A model generated the notes under the pieces. It saw only the letters and a list, made by a program, of their open reading frames with translations. It did not search any database and was not told the origin of the DNA. 22,569 bases of DNA, taken from the NCBI GenBank assembly GCA_031431875.1, contig JANPEF010000125.1, forward strand, positions 1-22,569, in the 5' to 3' direction. This document shows, in pieces, positions 15,459-22,569 of the stretch (position 1 is its first letter; each line of letters begins with the position of its first letter). A program made the position numbers and the translations under genes. The DNA is from Candidatus Eiseniibacteriota bacterium (GTDB taxonomy: Bacteria > Eisenbacteria > RBG-16-71-46 > DASYSL01).

Positions 15459-16010
15459 TCAAGCCTGCGTCGCGTCACCTTCGACCGCATACTCGACCAC
15501 GGTGATCTCGAGCGTGCGCTCGCCGCCTGCCGTGCGGAAACGGACCGTGTCCCCGACGCGCTTGCCCAGGATCGCCTGCGCGAGCGGCACGAGGAACGCG
15601 ATGCTCCCGCGCTCGGGATCGGCCTCGTCAACGCCCACGACCTGCAGTCGCTCGACCTCGCCGGCCGCCGGCCCCGCGACCGTGCGCAACGTGACGGTCG
15701 CGCCGAAGCGCACCGTCGCCCCTGTGCCTGCGGCGGTCGTTCGCGGATCGACGACCTGCGCGGTGGCGAGGCGATCAGCCAGCTCGCGCGTGCGCTGCGT
15801 CACCACGGAGCCGCGGCGGCGGCGCACGCCGTCGTCGAGCGCGACATCGGCCTCGAGCGCGGCACGCGCGGCCTCGAGCTCATGCATCTCGGCCTGCAGC
15901 AGTGCGAGCCCGTGCGGCGTGACGTAGTTGGGCGCGCCCGGCGGCAGCGGGGCGCGCGGCGCGACGACGGGATCTTCCCACGCGTCGTCCTTGACGAAGG
16001 CGCGGCTCAC
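15459..16010 (-). CDS. GreA/GreB-family elongation factor-like protein (SRAFVK-type)
   Basis: GTG start overlaps the kinase stop; 'SRAFVKDD', 'NYVTPHGL..L', C-terminal domain 'VRFGATVTL...VVGVDEADPERGSIAF.VPLAQAILGKRVGD.V.F....G...LEI..VEY'. Confidence 0.85.
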   Translation of the reverse strand: MSRAFVKDDAWEDPVVAPRAPLPPGAPNYVTPHGLALLQAEMHELEAARAALEADVALDDGVRRRRGSVVTQRTRELADRLATAQVVDPRTTAAGTGATVRFGATVTLRTVAGPAAGEVERLQVVGVDEADPERGSIAFLVPLAQAILGKRVGDTVRFRTAGGERTLEITVVEYAVEGDATQA

Positions 16011-18709
16011 TTCGTCTTCGCGGTCTTTCCGAGCGCCTGTGCCCAGCCCGGCATCACGGCGATCTCGCGCAGCTCGGTCCCATCCTCGGGCGGAACGCGC
16101 ACGAGGAACTTCTGCCCCGACGGGTGGAGTGCAACGTCCCGCAAGCCGCCATCGCCGGTAAGAATCGGCATGGGGAACAGGCGTTGCGCCGTGCCCGGAA
16201 TCAGGGCGCCCTCGTCCTCGAGCAGCGGCGTCGCCACCACCCAGCCGCCGCTGATGGCGTACAGCGTCCGGTCGTCGGGGGCCCACATCGGCACGGTGCC
16301 GCCCTCCCGCGTGATCTGGACGCGATTGCCCGGGCGGCCCACCGGACGCACGTAGACCTGCCTCCGCCCCGACTCGTCGCTCGCGTAGGCGACCCAGCGA
16401 CCGTCGCGGGACAGCTCCGCATTGAGCTGTGCGCGCGGCTCGGCGACCAGCGCAACGGGCGATCCCGAACCGTCGAGCGGAATGACCGATACATCCGCTT
16501 CGGCCGCCCCGAACTCTCCGAAGAGGAGCGATGTTCCGTCCGGCGTCACGTCGTGGAGCACGAGCGGAGTGGTCTCCTTCGTGAAGATGACGCGCCCGGA
16601 ATCCGCCCCGTTGACCAGGCCGACACGGATCTGGTTGTACGGCGGATCGTTGTGAACCCACACGCCGTGCCGGCCGTCGGGGAGCCACAGGGGTGCCGCT
16701 CCCTTGTCGTCGTTCGTCACCTGAATGGTCGCGTCGTGCTCGAGATCGATGAGGAGCACGTTCGAGCGCCCGCCGCCACCCGGACCGACGTCGGCGAGGA
16801 CGCGGGTGCCATCGGGCGAGAAGTCGATGCGGTTGTACTCGCGCGGCTCCGATTCAACGAGCGTCTGCCGTCCCTCGAAGTCGATCCACGCCAGGCGGCT
16901 GTCCGAGCGCGTGGCTCGTCCGGCGACGAGGACGAGCGTCCCGTTACGCGCGACGTCGAAGAACACAGTGCCCGCGGTCGGCTTGCCGAGGACGCCGTCG
17001 AAGACCGGGACGGGGGTGCCGCCGCCGGCTGGATTCCGCGGGTCGATCTTCTGCGCGTAGAGCGATCCTGCGCGCGCCACGACGAGCCGGTTGGGTGGCG
17101 CAAAGCGGGCCGCACTGCCGGCCGAGATCAGGCGTCGCTCGCCGGTGCGGGTCGATACCGCCTCGATGCGCGAGGTATCGTAGTCGCCCGGCTTGTCCAT
17201 GGTGCCGATCGTGAAGACGACCCATTCGCCGCCCGGAAGTCCCAACGGCCAGCGGTGTGTGCGCTCGTTCTTCGTCGAGTCGACCTGCGTGAGCGCGACG
17301 GGCGCGCCGCCGTCCGCCGGAATCCGGTACAGCGGCGAGGCATAGGTCGGCGAATAGACGATCGAGCCGTCGTCGAGCCACGCTCCGCCGCGATCGGCGC
17401 CGACCTCGGCGAGATCGACCGGTGTTCCGCCGCGAACCGAAACTTTTCTGAGCTGCGAGCCAGCGAAAAATGCGACCCACTCGCCGTCGGGAGAGAAGAA
17501 CGGGTTGTGCCCGTCCTCGGTGCCCGGCAGCGGTGTGGCGACCCGTTCGCCCAGCGGGCGCAGGTAAAGGCGAATCACGCCGTCACGCTGCGCGGCATAG
17601 ACGAGCGTGTGCCCGTCCGGAGAAAGTGCCAGCACGTTGTTCTCGATCCCCGCGTCCAGCCGATCGCCCCGTGGCAACAACACGCTGAGCGCGACCGGCT
17701 CGGCCGGCGCCGACCGCGACAGGAGCTTCGTCGCCACGACGCCGACAACCGCCGCGGCGATCAAGGCAACGATGGCGAGCACAATGCTCGCCGTGGGCGA
17801 CGACTGCTTCGCCGCGAGCGTCGCAGCGGGCGTCGGCAGCGGCCCCGAGTCCATCGCCACCCCCAGCGTGATACGCGCCTCGCCGATGTCGCGCAGGCGC
17901 TCGCGCGGATCCTTGGTCAGGCAGCGCATGAGCAGCGCGCGCACGCGGGCGGGTGTGGCGGAAGGCAGCGCCGCGAGATCGGGCTCGCGGGTGAGGATCG
18001 ACGCGATCGTGTCCGAGATGGTCTCGCCGCCGAACGTCGCGCGCCCGACCAGGCATTCGTACAGCAAGCAGCCGAACGACCAGATGTCCGAGCGCTTGTC
18101 GACCGGCCGGCCGCGCGCCTGCTCCGGACTCATGTACGCCGCGGTGCCGAGTACGACGCCGACCTCGGTGCCACCGTAGGTCATCGTCGGCGAGGCCGAC
18201 ACGCTGGGATCAGAGCCCGCACGCTCGGCGACGCCCGACTTGGCCAGCCCGAAGTCGAGCACCTTGACGTCGCCCACGGGCGTGATCATCACGTTGCCGG
18301 GCTTCAGGTCGCGATGCACGACGCCGTTCTCGTGCGCCGCCTCGAGCCCCGCGGCAACCTGTCGCGCGACGTCGCAGGCCTCGTCGAGCGGCAGCGCCCC
18401 GCGCGCGAGGCGCGCCGCAAGCGTCTCGCCCTCGATGCACTCGAGCACCAGGTAGCGCGCGCCGTCCTCCTCCTCGAGCCCGAGGATACCCGCGATGTTC
18501 GGATGCGACAGCGAGGCGAGCAGCTTGGCCTCGCGCTCGAAGCGCGCCAGGCGCGCCGGATCCTGCGCGAACGCAGCGGGCAACGCCTTGATCGCGACGT
18601 CGCGCGCCAGGCGCGTGTCGCGGGCGCGGAACACCTCGCCCATGCCCCCGGCGCCGAGCGGGCCGAGGATTTCGTAGGGACCAATGAGGGTGCCGGGAGC
18701 GAGGGACAT
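16007..18709 (-). CDS. Membrane Ser/Thr protein kinase with extracytoplasmic TolB/PD40-like beta-propeller repeats
   Basis: 'LGAGGMGEV', 'VAIK', 'HRDLKPGN', 'DFG', 'GTAAYMSPEQ', 'DIWSFG'; TM 'IVLAIVALIAAAVVGVVA'; repeats 'LSPDG', 'FSPDGEWVAF', 'LSRDGRWVAYASDESG'. Confidence 0.95.
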   Translation of the reverse strand: MSLAPGTLIGPYEILGPLGAGGMGEVFRARDTRLARDVAIKALPAAFAQDPARLARFEREAKLLASLSHPNIAGILGLEEEDGARYLVLECIEGETLAARLARGALPLDEACDVARQVAAGLEAAHENGVVHRDLKPGNVMITPVGDVKVLDFGLAKSGVAERAGSDPSVSASPTMTYGGTEVGVVLGTAAYMSPEQARGRPVDKRSDIWSFGCLLYECLVGRATFGGETISDTIASILTREPDLAALPSATPARVRALLMRCLTKDPRERLRDIGEARITLGVAMDSGPLPTPAATLAAKQSSPTASIVLAIVALIAAAVVGVVATKLLSRSAPAEPVALSVLLPRGDRLDAGIENNVLALSPDGHTLVYAAQRDGVIRLYLRPLGERVATPLPGTEDGHNPFFSPDGEWVAFFAGSQLRKVSVRGGTPVDLAEVGADRGGAWLDDGSIVYSPTYASPLYRIPADGGAPVALTQVDSTKNERTHRWPLGLPGGEWVVFTIGTMDKPGDYDTSRIEAVSTRTGERRLISAGSAARFAPPNRLVVARAGSLYAQKIDPRNPAGGGTPVPVFDGVLGKPTAGTVFFDVARNGTLVLVAGRATRSDSRLAWIDFEGRQTLVESEPREYNRIDFSPDGTRVLADVGPGGGGRSNVLLIDLEHDATIQVTNDDKGAAPLWLPDGRHGVWVHNDPPYNQIRVGLVNGADSGRVIFTKETTPLVLHDVTPDGTSLLFGEFGAAEADVSVIPLDGSGSPVALVAEPRAQLNAELSRDGRWVAYASDESGRRQVYVRPVGRPGNRVQITREGGTVPMWAPDDRTLYAISGGWVVATPLLEDEGALIPGTAQRLFPMPILTGDGGLRDVALHPSGQKFLVRVPPEDGTELREIAVMPGWAQALGKTAKTK

Positions 18710-18805
18710 GGTGGCGGGAATCTACCGCAATCCGGCAACGGTAGTCGCGGCGGATGCGTCATACTGCCGCGTCGCCTTCCACCCCTGCTCGCGGAGGACA
18801 ACCCG

Positions 18806-19518
18806 ATGACCGACCCGGAGCCGTCCGCCGCCGCCCGCATCGGCGGCCTCTCGCTGATTGCCGCGGCGGTGCTGTTCATCGCCGCGTTCAGCTACCTCGC
18901 GAGGACGTTCGACTATCCCGACGTGCTCGATCGCGGTGCCGCCGAGGTGCTGCCGCGACTGCTCGCGCTGGGCCCGGCCGGGCGTGACGTCTGGGCGATC
19001 TACGGATTGCTGCCGTTGCTGCTCGTGCCCGCCGGTGTCGGCGTCGCGCGGGCATTCCGGCGCAGCGCGCCGGGCGCTTCGACCACGGCGCTCGTCTTCG
19101 CCGCGATCTCGGCGCTGACGATGATGCTGGGGCTCCTGCGCTGGCCGAGCATCCAGTGGGAGATCGCACAGGCGTGGGTCGTCGCGCCGGAGGGCGGCAC
19201 CGAGCGCGCGTCGCTCGCCGCCGTGTTCGACGGGCTCAACCTGTACCTCGGCGTGTTCATCGGCGAGTTCGTGGGCGAGCTGGCGCTCAACCTGTTCTTC
19301 GCGCTCACCGCGTGGGCGATGTGGCGCACGCCGCGCACGGCCGGGCTGCGGCCGTTCGCGTGGATCGGCTTCGTGGCCGCCGTCTCGGGTGCGATCGCGA
19401 TGTTCCGCAACGCCACGTCGCTCGTCGCGCCGGTGTCCGCGGCGAACGACTACGTGCTCCCGCTGGCGTTGATCGGGCTGGGGGTGGGATTGATGCGGGC
19501 GCCCAGCGAGGGGCGGGA

Positions 19519-19522
<4 letters not shown>
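18806..19522 (+). CDS. DUF4386-like multi-pass membrane protein
   Basis: ATG 18806 after GGAGG; 'FSYLA.TFDYPDVL', 'GLLRWPSI', 'F.GLN.YLG.FIGEF.GE'; about six TM helices. Confidence 0.8.
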
Positions 19523-21834
<2,312 letters not shown>

Positions 21835-21908
21835 GACGGGGAGGGTACCCTCTAGGGTGCCGCCCACGAGGCGCCGAGTTGTCAGCCCTGGGGCGCAAGG
21901 AGGTCTTC

Positions 21909-22118
21909 ATGAAGGAGCGTAAGGTCAGAACGTACGGAGCGTACGCGCTCCCAAGATCATCATTGGAGCCAGGGCGACTCCACCGCACCGGGCTTGATCT
22001 CGGTCGATGGCACGCTCCGGTGAGATTGCCCCCCTGCGGACCTGGCACTCCCCTCACCAACGGAAGGGAACGCGGGTTGCGCGCCAAGACCAACGGAAGT
22101 CCGGTCGCATCCTCCTGA
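21909..22118 (+). CDS. Possible small protein (69 aa), unverified
   Basis: Full SD AAGGAGGT (21897-21904) 4 nt before the ATG; no recognisable family. Confidence 0.3.
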   Translation: MKERKVRTYGAYALPRSSLEPGRLHRTGLDLGRWHAPVRLPPCGPGTPLTNGRERGLRAKTNGSPVASS

Positions 22119-22251
22119 ATCGTCTCATCTGTTTGCAGGACAACGCCTTAGTTTGCCAAGGAGCGCCTCGGCGAGCTAGATCGAGGAGGTCCGAGGACGT
22201 CTTGGAGAGCCTGGCCCCCCAAAAAAGCTATGAATACCGCTCTCAACTTGT

Positions 22252-22279
22252 TTGACAGCCAGCAACTGAGGAGTAGATT
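22252..22279 (+). promoter_or_regulatory. Putative sigma70 promoter for the last ORF
   Basis: TTGACA-N16-TAGATT. Confidence 0.45.
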
Positions 22280-22454
22280 TGACGGCGCTCGCCCCTTGTA
22301 GCCTTGTGGCCGAGGGGACGTCGATCTGACAGTTCAAAAGTCGCAGTGCAAACCCACGCGCCACCGCATGGATGCGGAGGGCTCATCGACGGACGTGAAA
22401 CCCGGTGCACGTCTGGCCGCACCATTTCCCCGTCCGACAAGGAGGAACCCCGAG

Positions 22455-22569
22455 ATGAAGACACCCCGATTCTTCATCGCTCTCGCCGCATGCGCGGTCG
22501 TCTTCACGATCGCGTCGAGTCTTTGCGCGCCGGTCCTCCGGAGTTGCTCGGCGGAGTCGATGCCGGTGC
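22455..22569 (+). CDS. 5' end of an exported or membrane-anchored protein (runs off the window)
   Basis: AAGGAGG RBS (22439-22445); 'MKTPRFFIALAACAVVFTIASSLCA' is signal-peptide-like; open to the window end. Confidence 0.6.
   Translation, partial: MKTPRFFIALAACAVVFTIASSLCAPVLRSCSAESMPV

Noticed and set aside
16124..18805. Upstream part of the 1132-aa plus-strand ORF; likewise 19156..21855, 10515..12068 and 18..962
   Set aside because: Arg/Ala-rich antisense shadows of real genes, caused by high-GC codon bias; no motifs.
22340..22440. c-di-GMP-I riboswitch suggested by 'GCAAACC'
   Set aside because: The GAAA-tetraloop P2 stem and 'GACGCAAAGC' core are not present in the expected arrangement.

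Overview
High-GC bacterial chromosomal window, probably near the origin: it has parA-parB-bactofilin with three canonical parS sites. There are about 24 protein-coding genes and no rRNA, tRNA, CRISPR array or mobile element that I can support. Left to right: a minus-strand DUF1428/VOC/VOC cluster; a ~1085-aa ClpA/B-type double-AAA+ ATPase; cupin, DinB and a degraded YjbR/MmcQ gene; parS-parS-parA-parB(parS)-bactofilin; a membrane protein plus XRE regulator with a palindromic operator over its promoter; a hypothetical gene; DUF885, TonB-like and TspO genes; a minus-strand run (Ser/Thr kinase with beta-propeller, Gre-like factor, exported intradiol-dioxygenase-like protein, VOC, lipoprotein, solo HicB); a DUF4386-like membrane protein; a kinase-TPR protein; and a long structured intergenic region. 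The standout is the Clp-type ATPase. By eye, its C-terminal ~270 aa align with peptide-chain release factor RF2 domains 1, 2 and 4, but the SPF decoding motif and the whole GGQ catalytic domain are missing. The ATPase part keeps an IGF ClpP-docking-type loop. This suggests an unfoldase fused to a non-catalytic release-factor mimic. All family calls are from motif recognition only; no database search was run.
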